Under the pieces are notes generated by a model. That model worked only from the letters and a program-made list of their open reading frames with translations, was not told the DNA's origin and made no database searches. A program made the position numbers and the translations under genes. Shown in pieces: positions 30,194 to 40,975 of a DNA stretch of 64,000 nucleotides (within the stretch, counting starts at the first letter, position 1; each line of letters opens with the position of its first letter). Origin of the DNA: Limisphaerales bacterium (lineage in GTDB: Bacteria > Verrucomicrobiota > Verrucomicrobiia > Limisphaerales > JAJOIW01); assembly GCA_965657355.1 (NCBI GenBank), contig CBFHOE010000003.1, positions 309,520-373,519 of the forward strand. The letters run 5' to 3'.

Positions 30194-31208
30194 TAATATT
30201 GTGAGCAGAGGTGATTTGGCTTGAATCGTAATAAATTTCTCCGGCTTGCTGGTTTTTACTGCCCCCGTGGCCCACATAATCCATTAAATAGTATTTTTTA
30301 GATTCTGAAGGATCCACAAAAGTGCTGAAATATATTGAGGGTTGCCCAACGCCAGGAAGGGTGTATCCCTCGTTGTTTTCCTGCTGATCAGAATTATAGA
30401 AACCATTCCCATCATCCGGGATATTTACTTCCACACAAATGTAAAACCCCTCTGGATCTTCATCGATATATTTTTCAACAGAGAAACTATGTTCGGGGGT
30501 AGCTCCTGAAAAAGTATCAATATCTCCATTTGGCTCTACACCTGAAGCAAGTGTAAATTGATGCCTCCAAATCGGAAGTATATCTACCCTATTCCTCTGG
30601 TTTTCTCCCCACGAGAATGATTCATTGAAAGCACTCTCTTCCGAGACAAAAAAAGTTTCTATTAGAGAACCCACAGAAGATTCTGCCCAGACTGCGATTT
30701 GGGGCCGAGCCCCACTAAAGGGGGTAGGAAACCTTGCCACGGGGTCGTAAGAACTACCCCATTCAATTTCAACAAATACGGAGGATTTATCAGTGGTAGA
30801 CTTCTTAATTTGTGTTTGATCGATTAAATGCCTTGTATGAACGTCGTCCTCAGGACGGAAGATGATTGATGTATTTCTCACTTCATAACTCCATGACAAC
30901 AGCTGGGGAACAGGCCACCAAGACCACACGCACGCTCCCAAAAAATATCCACAAAAGATTAAAGGTATAATTAATAATGAAATGCCATTACTTTTTCGTC
31001 GGCTACCATTTTTATCAGCTCTCAACATTTTTGTGAAATAATGCAAGCGTGCCAATAAGTGGAGAGCCACAGTGATAAAAACTAAGAATCCAAAAACAAT
31101 ATGTACTCTGGTTGTAGCTAAAGAAAATGGCTGAAAAAATCGAAGGAGTGCACTCGATATCAAAACCACAAAGGAGAGCAGTAATGTAAAATTAACATAA
31201 TGCTTCAT
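30159..31208 (-). CDS. Membrane protein with N-terminal His-containing TM helices (DUF4405-like) and a DUF2271-like soluble domain with a flavinylation motif
   Basis: TM helices with 'VHIVFG...LHL..R'; 'PQIAVW.E', 'LPIWRH', 'DTFSGATP', 'EVN' and 'GQPSIY' typical of DUF2271-like proteins. Confidence 0.65.
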   Translation of the reverse strand: MKHYVNFTLLLSFVVLISSALLRFFQPFSLATTRVHIVFGFLVFITVALHLLARLHYFTKMLRADKNGSRRKSNGISLLIIPLIFCGYFLGACVWSWWPVPQLLSWSYEVRNTSIIFRPEDDVHTRHLIDQTQIKKSTTDKSSVFVEIEWGSSYDPVARFPTPFSGARPQIAVWAESSVGSLIETFFVSEESAFNESFSWGENQRNRVDILPIWRHQFTLASGVEPNGDIDTFSGATPEHSFSVEKYIDEDPEGFYICVEVNIPDDGNGFYNSDQQENNEGYTLPGVGQPSIYFSTFVDPSESKKYYLMDYVGHGGSKNQQAGEIYYDSSQITSAHNIIEKVLIRIQRP

Positions 31209-31353
31209 ATTAAAAATAAAAGTTGAATGGTGTCTTAGGTGCCTATTCGATAATTATAGGTAAATCTACGGTGGCATGCATGAACGTTTGCTTATACCTG
31301 TGTCGTGGTAATTTGCGTATGTCATTTAATTTGTTCATACTAGTGATTTGGTA

Positions 31354-33174
31354 TTATGAATATCCACACAGGTTCCGTAATTCTTGGATATGTTTTTTTC
31401 CGACTTCTCTTGGGTTTGCTTTATATTTTTTGCAAAGAGAGGCAGCGAAGCCTGTCGCGACACCCATTTGCCCGCATGTATTCATGACTCTTGGTCCGCC
31501 TAGTCCAACATGTGTGCAGCTAAAGCATCGTCCAGCCATTTGGAGGTTATCAATGTCTTTGGAATAGAGTGAACGGTATGGGATGTAGTAAAAGGTATTT
31601 TTGATACTCTGAAAAAGTGCCTCTGATAAGAAATCTACCGATCGTCCCAAAAGTTTTTCCTGGTAATGGACATCAATTTTCCTTTTTTCAGTGACTACCG
31701 TATCGGGGAATTCAACTGAGTCTCGAGCGTCTACCCCAGTATATATGTGATCACCCATTATTCTTCTAGACTCTCTTTTGCCAACGAGAAAAGAAATCCA
31801 ATCCAATTCTAAATTTGCAAATTGGCGACGCTTAATAGCATTCGCGTATGACCCATAGATAGCGCGAAACATGTGGTCTCGAATAGTCTCCGAGTCATGT
31901 ATCTGATGGAGTTCGTTGTGGGTAAATTCCCACTGCCACTCACCTGCAGTCGCCACATGGTTTTTAGCTACAGGCTTAGCCCAAGGAACCGAGGGAAAAG
32001 AGATCCTTTTATTTCTTTTCTTTGTATACCACATAACACTTGATCCCATAACTCTATTATCTGGCACTTCAGGGGACCACAGGTCCCCGTGTTTATCCCA
32101 GCCTTCACCAAATTCATTTTTTGATTCTCGACCGTAGCGAAATTCACAACCAGCCATGTAAGCCAGCCAAGCATCTCCGGATGTATCAATGAACTGATCT
32201 GCAGAGAAATTTTTCAAAATTCCGTTGGCGGTTTCTACTGCTTTGACTGATACAATTCTGTTTCCTTTTTTTTCTGCGGCGACCATTGTGTGGCTCAGGA
32301 AAATATCCACATTCTCAAGCGCATTCATGTTAGCCATACGTTTTTTGTCGGCTTTTAATGCTTCGGGTGAGGAATTAGGGTAATGAGGTGTGTCGATCAT
32401 CTTGAGGATTTCCTCTGCTTTTGAATGGATTCCCTCCGTATGTACTCTAATTTCGCTGCTTGCATTACCTCCCAAAACAGGCCGGTTATGAATAAGGGCA
32501 ACTTTCACTCCTTGTGAGTTCGCAGCAATAGCAGCTGCACAGCCTGAAATCCCTCCTCCGATAATGATGAGGTCATAATGCCCTTTATCAAAGGCAGAAG
32601 AAGGGAGTCCTACTTTCTGTCTTCGCCATTTTGGGAGAATTTCTCTTTCAATCGGCGGTCTATCATTTTTGTCCGGGCTAAAATATATAGCCGAGCATCT
32701 TCCTTCAAATCCAGTCAGGTCTTTCAATGAAATGGAGTTATTTAGCTCATCTTTTTTGATTTCAATTTGGCCACCGTATTGCCATGCCCACCCCTCTTTG
32801 GTTCCAAAAGTTTCTGGTAATGGCTTATTATTGACAAGGATTTGGAATTTTCCGGGGGCTTCCCAATTTCCCGGGCACCAATCTTTGGTCAGTACCCAAG
32901 CATGGTATTTGCCTTTTTTGGGGAATTTAATTTGACCGGTCGCATCATCTACAGGTTTTCCGAGCCCATGTGCCAATAAATAACTAAATCCTAAATGGTT
33001 CTCGAACTGGTTATCTAACATCCAGCCACCGAGATTTTCAAAATGGGCAGTTTCTACCAAAACAGATTCTGTATCTGTGGATTGAGCCGCTTTACCAAAT
33101 AAAGGGTGCATTGATAAGGCAGCAGCAGATGCCACGCTCATATCCTTAAAAAAGCTTCTTCGTGTCTTACTCAT
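31354..33174 (-). CDS. Tat-exported FAD-dependent oxidoreductase (PF12831-like) with an N-terminal beta domain
   Basis: TRRSFFK signal, IIGGGISGCAAA, LGGNASSE, D.SGD, KRESRR..G and IPYRSLYSK...AGRCFS.TH. Confidence 0.88.
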   Translation of the reverse strand: MSKTRRSFFKDMSVASAAALSMHPLFGKAAQSTDTESVLVETAHFENLGGWMLDNQFENHLGFSYLLAHGLGKPVDDATGQIKFPKKGKYHAWVLTKDWCPGNWEAPGKFQILVNNKPLPETFGTKEGWAWQYGGQIEIKKDELNNSISLKDLTGFEGRCSAIYFSPDKNDRPPIEREILPKWRRQKVGLPSSAFDKGHYDLIIIGGGISGCAAAIAANSQGVKVALIHNRPVLGGNASSEIRVHTEGIHSKAEEILKMIDTPHYPNSSPEALKADKKRMANMNALENVDIFLSHTMVAAEKKGNRIVSVKAVETANGILKNFSADQFIDTSGDAWLAYMAGCEFRYGRESKNEFGEGWDKHGDLWSPEVPDNRVMGSSVMWYTKKRNKRISFPSVPWAKPVAKNHVATAGEWQWEFTHNELHQIHDSETIRDHMFRAIYGSYANAIKRRQFANLELDWISFLVGKRESRRIMGDHIYTGVDARDSVEFPDTVVTEKRKIDVHYQEKLLGRSVDFLSEALFQSIKNTFYYIPYRSLYSKDIDNLQMAGRCFSCTHVGLGGPRVMNTCGQMGVATGFAASLCKKYKANPREVGKKHIQELRNLCGYS

Positions 33175-33387
33175 ATCCGTAAAAGTTCAATTTCCTAATG
33201 CGCTATTCTTCTTAGATCCGGACAGCGCACAAGTCGATTGTGTTATTAAGTGTATGGCCTTTATGAATTAATGGAGGGAAATTTCAATAAAAATGTCCCT
33301 CTTTGATCTTTGTTTAATGAGGATTCTATTTTCTATTGATGTTAGAGGTTTTCAAAAATAGCCATTAGGTTATATTCGCCATTCCTC

Positions 33388-34425
33388 ATGAAAAAACTAA
33401 GCGTAGGCATTATTGGGTATGGTTGGGCTGCTGGGGCTCACATAGAAGCAATTAATAATTCAGGCCTTGCGGAAGTCCGTTCTATTTTCTCTTCCCGCGA
33501 ATTAGATTCTGACGAGGTCTCCCAAAAGCATGGCCCTGGTTTGCAAGTTCATACAGATCTAAAGGAATTCCTTATGGATGAAACTTTAGACGTCGTTTCA
33601 ATAACCAGTCATCCATGGAAACACAGGGAGCAAGCAGAATTAGCCGCTCTTGCGGGTAAGCATATAATTCTTGAAAAGCCAATGTCACTTTCTTTGGAGG
33701 ATTGCCAATCCTTGTCAAAAGTTATTCGGGAAACTGGAGTTGGATTCTGTTTATGTTTTGAGTGCCGTTTTTCAAGCCAGTTTAAAGCGACTAAATCTAT
33801 TATTGACCAAGGTTTATTAGGGGATATCCATTATGGTGAAGTTGATTATTATCATGGGATTGGCCCATGGTACGGGCAATATTCTTGGAATGTAAAAAAA
33901 GATGGGGGCTGCAGTTCGCTACTTTCAGCTGGGTGTCATGCCCTTGACGCACTTCTTTACTGCATGGGGGGAGAAGTGGAGACAGTGTCTAGCTATTCTA
34001 CAAAATCTCGAAATGACGATTTTTCCAAATATGAATACGACACAACCTCCGTCACCATTTTAAAATTCACCGACGGAAGAGTTGGAAAGACTTCTTCTGT
34101 AATTGATTGTATTCAGCCGTATTATTTTCATACTCATTTAGTTGGCAGTCAGGGGAGTCTTTTGGACAATAAAATCCATACAGAAAAAATCCACGGACTT
34201 AATAAAAATAAATGGGGGCATCTCAACTTCGGGCTAGTGGACTCCGGTGACGTCGCTGATCATCCTTATCAAAGTCAGTTTACCATTTTTTTTCAAAAAA
34301 TTCTCGCAGGTGAGCCCATGGTCGAGACAGGTCTTGATGGTGCCATGAAAACGCATAATGTGATTTTTGCTGCGGATCTCTCAGCCGAAGAAGGAAAGCC
34401 GATTTCCATTCAGAGTTTAGTTTGA
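33388..34425 (+). CDS. Gfo/Idh/MocA family oxidoreductase
   Basis: IIGYGWAA, AGKHIILEKP and GCHALD. Confidence 0.9.
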   Translation: MKKLSVGIIGYGWAAGAHIEAINNSGLAEVRSIFSSRELDSDEVSQKHGPGLQVHTDLKEFLMDETLDVVSITSHPWKHREQAELAALAGKHIILEKPMSLSLEDCQSLSKVIRETGVGFCLCFECRFSSQFKATKSIIDQGLLGDIHYGEVDYYHGIGPWYGQYSWNVKKDGGCSSLLSAGCHALDALLYCMGGEVETVSSYSTKSRNDDFSKYEYDTTSVTILKFTDGRVGKTSSVIDCIQPYYFHTHLVGSQGSLLDNKIHTEKIHGLNKNKWGHLNFGLVDSGDVADHPYQSQFTIFFQKILAGEPMVETGLDGAMKTHNVIFAADLSAEEGKPISIQSLV

Positions 34426-34440
34426 GATAAATATTTTCGA

Positions 34441-35211
34441 ATGAAGAAGGTTGCCTTAGCTATAGCTGCTCATCCTGATGACATTGAGTTTGTGATGTCA
34501 GGTACACTGATGTTGCTTCGCAAATCTGGGTTTGAAATCCATTACCTCAATCTTTCCTCAGGGAATTTGGGGAGCAATACGTTATCGGAGTCCGATATCA
34601 AAGAGGTCAGAGCTGAAGAGTCTCGCTCCTCAGCGTTGCTCATGGGCGCGACTTGGCATCCTCCATTTTTGAATGATCTTGAAATCGTATATCATATAAA
34701 CTACCTCCGTGAACTTTCAGCGCTGATTCGTTCAATAAAGCCTACTATTTTGTTGACCCACTCTCCGCAGGACTACATGGAAGATCATATGTGTACTTCA
34801 AGGTTAGCAGTGACAGCTGCATTTTCTCGGGGTATGCCCAATTTTAAAACCCTACCTCCCAAAAGCCACTTCGATGCTCCTATTGCGATCTACCATTCTC
34901 AACCGCATATGAATAGAGATCAAATGGGTGAGTTTATTGAACCAAAATTTGGAGTTGATGTGTCGTCGGTAATAGCAGAAAAAAGAGAGTCGCTCTTATC
35001 ACATAAAAGTCAAAAAGATTGGCTGGATGCCAGCCAGGGAATCGATTCCTACATCAATACTATGGAATCAAATTTGAAAGAGGTGGGCAAGTCTCTGCAT
35101 GTTGATGGATTTGTAGAAGGGTGGAGGCCACACTCTCATTTTGGGTATTGTGATTCTAACTTTAAACCATTAGAAAAAGCCCTGAAACCTTATCTTATAA
35201 ATAGAAATTAA
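34441..35211 (+). CDS. PIG-L/LmbE family N-deacetylase
   Basis: AHPDDIEF...GT, R.EE and THSPQDYMEDH. Confidence 0.9.
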   Translation: MKKVALAIAAHPDDIEFVMSGTLMLLRKSGFEIHYLNLSSGNLGSNTLSESDIKEVRAEESRSSALLMGATWHPPFLNDLEIVYHINYLRELSALIRSIKPTILLTHSPQDYMEDHMCTSRLAVTAAFSRGMPNFKTLPPKSHFDAPIAIYHSQPHMNRDQMGEFIEPKFGVDVSSVIAEKRESLLSHKSQKDWLDASQGIDSYINTMESNLKEVGKSLHVDGFVEGWRPHSHFGYCDSNFKPLEKALKPYLINRN

Positions 35212-35220
35212 TATATTCAT

Positions 35221-36153
35221 ATGGCTCGAAAAATCAGTTCCGTCGCACCGGGGTGGTGGGATTATACCACATTAGATAGCGATCTTATTCGAGATGCCGC
35301 TGCTCTGACACCAGCTAAAATGAAGAAGCTCTCAAGGCCTGGGTTTTCCGTTGTGATGTACGATACCTTGGAAGAATTTTATTTAGCAGAAGCCTTGGAA
35401 TACATTCATGCATGGAAACAGTCGACAGCCGATAACCCAGTTGGTATTTGTGGGCCAATAGGTCCCACCGAACAGCTTCCTCTTGTTGCTAGAATCATTA
35501 ATGACTTGGACCTCGACCTGAGGTCAGGGCATTTTTGGGGAATGGATGAATGGGTTGTTGATGGAAAGTCAGTGCCATCAAACCATCCTTTGTCTTTTGA
35601 GAAAGCAGATAGGGAGCTGTGTTTTAGTCGGATAAAGAAGAAGCTTCAGTTCCCGAATTCCCACCTTCATTTTCCCTCGTCAGATATAACTTCATTCAAA
35701 CAGACATGGCAATCTGGTGTTAAATGCGCCTTGATGCAGGGAGGGCAGGGAGATGTTAAGCACTGGGCATTCAATGACCCACTTCCGAGAAAGGGGAAGT
35801 GGAAAGATACCCCACCCACATTTGAAGCTTATTCCAAACTTGGAACTCGAGTTGTAAACTTACATCCTCTGACCATATCTCAAAATGCCAGAACCAGTGG
35901 TGGGGGAAATATTTCACTGGTCCCATCACAAGCGGTGACTGTTGGGCCTCAAGAAACCTGGATGTCTGAAAAAGTGTCTATCTGGCATGCTGGATGTCAT
36001 GATAATGCTTTTGGGCAAAGGTTGACTTGTCTTATGATATCCGAAGGATTACTGGATTCCAGCGTTCCCATGTCTCTATTGGCCAACCACCCGAATGTCC
36101 AATTCAATTATCTTATTTCGGGTATCGGAACATGCTCTGTAGAAATGCATTAG
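35221..36153 (+). CDS. Glucosamine-6-phosphate deaminase/isomerase-like (divergent NagB family)
   Basis: [15 protein letters not shown]......HPLSF, GGQG...HWAFNDP, VP.QAVTVG and VPMSLL..HPNV. Confidence 0.75.
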   Translation: MARKISSVAPGWWDYTTLDSDLIRDAAALTPAKMKKLSRPGFSVVMYDTLEEFYLAEALEYIHAWKQSTADNPVGICGPIGPTEQLPLVARIINDLDLDLRSGHFWGMDEWVVDGKSVPSNHPLSFEKADRELCFSRIKKKLQFPNSHLHFPSSDITSFKQTWQSGVKCALMQGGQGDVKHWAFNDPLPRKGKWKDTPPTFEAYSKLGTRVVNLHPLTISQNARTSGGGNISLVPSQAVTVGPQETWMSEKVSIWHAGCHDNAFGQRLTCLMISEGLLDSSVPMSLLANHPNVQFNYLISGIGTCSVEMH

Positions 36154-36291
36154 GAAGAAATGGGAGGACTTTTCGTCGAAAGTTTATGAAATAGGAGTTT
36201 GACCCCCTTGTTTTTCATACGAAAATAGATTACTTAATCTATATCATCACGTCTGCCGGGACATGATCTAAACCATAAAATAACCAACTAA

Positions 36292-37089
36292 ATGCATATC
36301 CATCCATCAGGAAAACGATTAAAAGGTTTTACTCTTATTGAACTTCTTGTAGTCATTGCCATCATTGCCATATTGGCTAGCATGATGCTTCCTGCTCTTG
36401 CCAAGGCCAAAGAGGCAGGTAGATCAGCTAAATGTAAAAGCAACCTTCGTCAGATCAGCATGGGGATGGTCATGTATGCTGAAGACAGTCAGGATACTTT
36501 GCCATGGGCTGGTGGTGTCGATCGAAACCTTCAGCCTGACTGGGTTTGGGGTGGGCACAGAATGAGCAACCCAAATGATCAAAGGCAGTGGAGTCGTTCA
36601 AATTGGGCTTTGCATGCCGAATCTGGTTCCATATTTAATTATGTAACTGGTCTTCCTCGTGTTCTTCCAAAAGCTGGCAGAAGGGATACAGATTTTTATA
36701 CGCGAACACATGACGTTTATCGTTGCCCAAGTACCGGTGAGTTGGGGCGATCTAGACGTGTTAATTTTAGCATGAACGCCTGGATTGACCCGGATCGCCG
36801 ATTAAAAAATGGCAGAGTGGGCAAAAGAGGCGTTGAATTACTCAAAGTAAAAAGGCCCGTTTCCAAGCTTATGGTTTTAGATGAATCTCCAGAGACCATG
36901 CATAATGCCAGTTTCTTTCCTGGTGGCTCCGCTTCACGAGGAAACTTTACCTACCACAATGGAAAAATTAATATGGGTTTCATGGACGGGCACGTCGAGT
37001 CCATGAGGCATGAAAATGTCATGAAGATCCAACGCGACACAACCCGTGGTCACTACAATCGCTACCGCTTTTTCGATCCATATTATTGA
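36292..37089 (+). CDS. Prepilin-type N-terminal cleavage/methylation protein with H-X9-DG domain (DUF1559-like)
   Basis: [28 protein letters not shown]....C.SNLRQ and [15 protein letters not shown]. Confidence 0.92.
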   Translation: MHIHPSGKRLKGFTLIELLVVIAIIAILASMMLPALAKAKEAGRSAKCKSNLRQISMGMVMYAEDSQDTLPWAGGVDRNLQPDWVWGGHRMSNPNDQRQWSRSNWALHAESGSIFNYVTGLPRVLPKAGRRDTDFYTRTHDVYRCPSTGELGRSRRVNFSMNAWIDPDRRLKNGRVGKRGVELLKVKRPVSKLMVLDESPETMHNASFFPGGSASRGNFTYHNGKINMGFMDGHVESMRHENVMKIQRDTTRGHYNRYRFFDPYY

Positions 37090-38604
37090 TTATCTAAATC
37101 TAGAATAATCACCATTTTGGATTTCCTTGAATTGGGACTCCATTTTTTTTGCGATTTGGGGAAAATCATCAATTAGGTTTACTTGTTCCCTTGGATCATT
37201 GTTTAAATCGTATAGTTGCCATTTCCCTTGAAATGGTTTTGAAGAGGGTTTTTCTCTTCCACCTGAACCTTCACTAAGAATGAGTTTCATGGAGCCATAC
37301 CTGATTGCGAATGTCCCGTTAGCCGAGTGATTGATCACCGGCGGTCTGAGTGCTTTCGATTCTTTCTCCAAAAGATCATCCAAAAAGCTAAAGCTGTCGT
37401 CCGCAGCTGATTCTTCGAGCTTGGTGTTTAAAATTTCGGCCAGTGTTGCTAGAATATCCACATGGCAAGTTGTTCTTTCAGAGATTGAGCCACCCCTTAC
37501 GGTTCCTGGCCATTTGACTAGGAAGGGTACTCTGTGTCCTCCTTCAAATACGTCTGCTTTAGTTCCTCTGAAGATAAAATTAGAGCGATGGTTTGTCTCA
37601 TTATATGCTTGAATTGTTTCATCAGAAACATGGTCCTCGGTCTCTGAAAAATTTTTCCTATACATAAATGAGCCATTATCACTGGTGAAGATCACAATCG
37701 TGTTATTCTCGATTTTATTCTTTTTAACTGCATTTAAAATTTGTCCGACCGTCCAATCAGTTTGGATTATAAAATCTCCATAAAGTCCAAGACCTGATTT
37801 TCCAACAAACCTATCAGCAGGTAGAACCGGCTTATGAGGCGATGTGAGTGGGATATAGAGAAAGAATGGTTTGCTCTTCTCTACTGATGTTGAAATAAAA
37901 TCGGAAGCCTTTGATGCTATTTGGTCCAGTATTTTGACGGCATGAAAGTCTGGCGATCTTTCTCCTTTTCTGAGAAAGCCAGGAAATCTAATGGCTGATT
38001 GGTTCGCTGAAGGGAATTGTTCAATTCTATCATTTTTTACCCAGACATACGGGGGGAAGTCCAGGGAAGCGGGTATGACTTCCGAATGGCTGAATCCATT
38101 CACATTCGGTGAATTGCCGATGGGTTTCGAGAAGTCGAATTTATTCGGGCTCTTTTTAGATTTAGCAAAGTTCAAACCTAGGTGCCATTTTCCAATAACA
38201 CCCGTCCTGTATCCTTCATTCCTGAAAAGGTCCGCAAGGGTAAATCTGTTTGGATCAATTAATGATTTTGAATAGCCATTAAGAACACCTCGTTTGAGAT
38301 TTGTTCTCCAGCAATACCTTCCCGTCACGAGTCCGTAGCGGGTGGGCGTGCAAACCGCAGATGGAGAATGAGCGTCAATGAATCTCATTCCTGATTTTGC
38401 TAGTCCATCCAGATTGGGAGTTGGTATTTTTGAGTGTGGGTTAAGACTTTGGATATCTCCATACCCCATATCATCAGCTAGAATAACAACAACATTCGGT
38501 CGGTCATTATAAGATTTACTCCACCCATAGTTTGTGTAAATAAAAAGAGTCAATGCGGTTATCACCACGCTAGCGACTCTCATAAGTGTTTTGTCCTGAT
38601 TCAT
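37090..38604 (-). CDS. Arylsulfatase (formylglycine-dependent, family S1)
   Basis: LADDMG, CTPTR, GKWHLG, SDNG and EGGHRVPF. Confidence 0.93.
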   Translation of the reverse strand: MNQDKTLMRVASVVITALTLFIYTNYGWSKSYNDRPNVVVILADDMGYGDIQSLNPHSKIPTPNLDGLAKSGMRFIDAHSPSAVCTPTRYGLVTGRYCWRTNLKRGVLNGYSKSLIDPNRFTLADLFRNEGYRTGVIGKWHLGLNFAKSKKSPNKFDFSKPIGNSPNVNGFSHSEVIPASLDFPPYVWVKNDRIEQFPSANQSAIRFPGFLRKGERSPDFHAVKILDQIASKASDFISTSVEKSKPFFLYIPLTSPHKPVLPADRFVGKSGLGLYGDFIIQTDWTVGQILNAVKKNKIENNTIVIFTSDNGSFMYRKNFSETEDHVSDETIQAYNETNHRSNFIFRGTKADVFEGGHRVPFLVKWPGTVRGGSISERTTCHVDILATLAEILNTKLEESAADDSFSFLDDLLEKESKALRPPVINHSANGTFAIRYGSMKLILSEGSGGREKPSSKPFQGKWQLYDLNNDPREQVNLIDDFPQIAKKMESQFKEIQNGDYSRFR

Positions 38605-38798
38605 TTTAATTTTGATAATATTCCAATTCCGAAAAGTGATATTGAGGCCGCAATGAGTGATAAGCCCCCCCTCGCACCGCCTGAGAGAAGGCCCAATACG
38701 AGCCCTAATGCAGCAACAATAATTAGACCAGCTCGAGCTAGTTTATACATCTCATGAGGATCTGAGTCTTTTAAGAATTCTTCCCACTTTTTATTCAT
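38601..38798 (-). CDS. Small two-TM hypothetical protein
   Basis: Two hydrophobic helices; 4-bp overlap with the sulfatase start and 16 bp after GH32. Confidence 0.6.
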   Translation of the reverse strand: MNKKWEEFLKDSDPHEMYKLARAGLIIVAALGLVLGLLSGGARGGLSLIAASISLFGIGILSKLK

Positions 38799-38814
38799 AC
38801 AATTAGAACTTTCT

Positions 38815-40860
38815 TCAGTCCTTTATACCCATAGATTGTTTTAGTTTCCAGACATGAAGATCTAGTAGTCTGGTTTTTTCATCTCCCGAAAACGTAATTG
38901 GTGTTCCCCTATCTACTGGAAAAACACGAGAGGTAATCGTTTGTAATCCATCATTGAGAAATATCTCAATTGAAGAATTATCGACCACTGCCTTCATATG
39001 GATACGTTTATTGGAGCCTTCCAAAGGAATTTGAGTTCGACTCGGGAATCGAGGGTGAAATGAAACATTTCCTGATTGTGATCTATCGAACTCAACCATC
39101 CTGCCCATATGATCAATTTCAAGAATAGTCTTTTGAGTATTGTGGTTAAAAAATGAAATTCTAACTGGTTCGGTAGAATGCCTCGGCACAAGAGTAGCGG
39201 ATACTTCAAATGGTGGCTGGAGATCGACAAATTGATTTTTGATAAATTGATTCGCTTCATTTACAGTTGCGTGATCTAAACTCTTGCCCGATCTTCTGAG
39301 GCCAAAAAATTCGGCGGGCAGTGATTGTTGAAGTCGAAGGTTTTTCCCTTTTCCGGATACCACCCACTGACGCGGTAAGCTCATTGCGCTGCGCCAAGGC
39401 GCTACTGGTAGGTTATTTGCATATTCCCAATTGGACATCCAACCCAATGATAATCTTCTGCCATCTGATTCTGGTATGTCTGACCATGTCACTGTAGCAT
39501 AATAATCTTTGCCGTAGTCCAGCCACAGAGGTTTGTTGATATTGGTTATGGGCCTAAATGTCCTGCCATCAAATTTGCCAATAAAGTATTGTCCCCCTGA
39601 ACCACCGGCATAACTCCCCGGATTAAGATTTACAATAAGAACCCAATGCTCATTGCCATCCCCATCTTGGAGCGGAAATAAGTCGGGGCATTCCCATATA
39701 CCATCAATCGCACCTGCTGGTCCAAACTCTGAAAGAAAAAGCCATTTTTTAAGGTCTTTGGATTTGTAGAAGACCACTTTTTTTTCTAGGGGAAGGCATA
39801 CCGTCATAATCCAACATTTTTCATGGTCATACCAAATAACTTTTGGGTCCCTGAAGTTTTCCATCTTATGGTCCAATACCGGGTTCTTGTCATATTTAGT
39901 CCAGGTTCTGCCTTTATCCAAGCTGTAGGCAATATGTTGGTTTTGTAGTCCATGCCCCAGGTTCGTGTAATGGCCAGTGTAAATGGCAACCATTGGTGGG
40001 TGTGGATCTTTATTTTTCTGAAATCCGGTGGTGTTATTCCAATCAATGACTGCGCTCCCAGAAAATATCATGACACCATCCTCTTCGAGAAGTGCAACTG
40101 GGAGGTGCTTCCAATGAAATAAATCTGAGCTGACGGCGTGGCCCCAACTCATGTGTCCCCATTTTTGTCCAAACGGATTGTATTGATAAAAAAGATGGAA
40201 TTCACCATCGTAATACACCATTCCATTTGGGTCATTCATCCAATTGATTTGAGGTGTGAAGTGAATGCCTGGGCGCCAGATTTCTTTGTAATAGCCAATT
40301 GAAGAAGCGTATTCGTCTAAGCTCCAAGGTGTTTTACCTTTTTGTTTTGGGGTGTCACAAAAAATTATTTGATCAATATTGATATGGCCCCATCCATCTT
40401 TTTTTGAGTCTAGAATTCTTACCCTAGCCAGCTGCCCTTTAAGGTCTTTTACATTCCAGTTTTTCCAATCCAAAAATTCATCATCATTACCTGTTGCTGA
40501 GCGTACAATTTTATTATCTATCCATAATTCTATGCAGGTTTGATTTACATGAGCTCCTCCACCAATTTTGAAAGAAATGTTGTCTTTGGAAATTGTGAAT
40601 TCGCGAGACAATAGAGAACCGACAGATTTATCCCCCTGAAAGAATGAGTTTACCAACCTCTTGCCGATAAAGCCTGTGACAGGATTTTGATTTTCCATGG
40701 TGCCCCTTGAAGGGGAATCTCCAAAAGCACTTCCCGTGATTTGCCAACCGTTGTAGATCCCCGATTCGAAGTTTTCAAAAACCTCATCTTCTGCTCGAAG
40801 GTCTTGACCGGTAAGACAGGTGGTGAAACAAATGCAAGAGAAGAGCTGACTAAGTTTCAT
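38815..40860 (-). CDS. GH32 levanase/beta-fructofuranosidase with an N-terminal carbohydrate-binding-like domain
   Basis: WMNDPNG, WGHAVS.DL, FSGS, FRDPKV, WECPDLF and GWMSNW; N-terminal 'W...G.AFG..P...WGHINIDQI' module. Confidence 0.93.
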   Translation of the reverse strand: MKLSQLFSCICFTTCLTGQDLRAEDEVFENFESGIYNGWQITGSAFGDSPSRGTMENQNPVTGFIGKRLVNSFFQGDKSVGSLLSREFTISKDNISFKIGGGAHVNQTCIELWIDNKIVRSATGNDDEFLDWKNWNVKDLKGQLARVRILDSKKDGWGHINIDQIIFCDTPKQKGKTPWSLDEYASSIGYYKEIWRPGIHFTPQINWMNDPNGMVYYDGEFHLFYQYNPFGQKWGHMSWGHAVSSDLFHWKHLPVALLEEDGVMIFSGSAVIDWNNTTGFQKNKDPHPPMVAIYTGHYTNLGHGLQNQHIAYSLDKGRTWTKYDKNPVLDHKMENFRDPKVIWYDHEKCWIMTVCLPLEKKVVFYKSKDLKKWLFLSEFGPAGAIDGIWECPDLFPLQDGDGNEHWVLIVNLNPGSYAGGSGGQYFIGKFDGRTFRPITNINKPLWLDYGKDYYATVTWSDIPESDGRRLSLGWMSNWEYANNLPVAPWRSAMSLPRQWVVSGKGKNLRLQQSLPAEFFGLRRSGKSLDHATVNEANQFIKNQFVDLQPPFEVSATLVPRHSTEPVRISFFNHNTQKTILEIDHMGRMVEFDRSQSGNVSFHPRFPSRTQIPLEGSNKRIHMKAVVDNSSIEIFLNDGLQTITSRVFPVDRGTPITFSGDEKTRLLDLHVWKLKQSMGIKD

Positions 40861-40975
40861 GGTGCCTCAAACTAGTATTGGAATCTAATTCTGACAAATC
40901 AAAACTAATGAGCTTCATAAGGTGGGAAAAATATGCAATTTTGCTTGCCATGATCTGGTGTTTAGCTGAACTTCA

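Noticed and set aside
40933..40950. Sigma54-like TGGCAAG...TTGC on the minus strand upstream of GH32
   Set aside because: GG-to-GC spacing is 11 nt, not the required 10.
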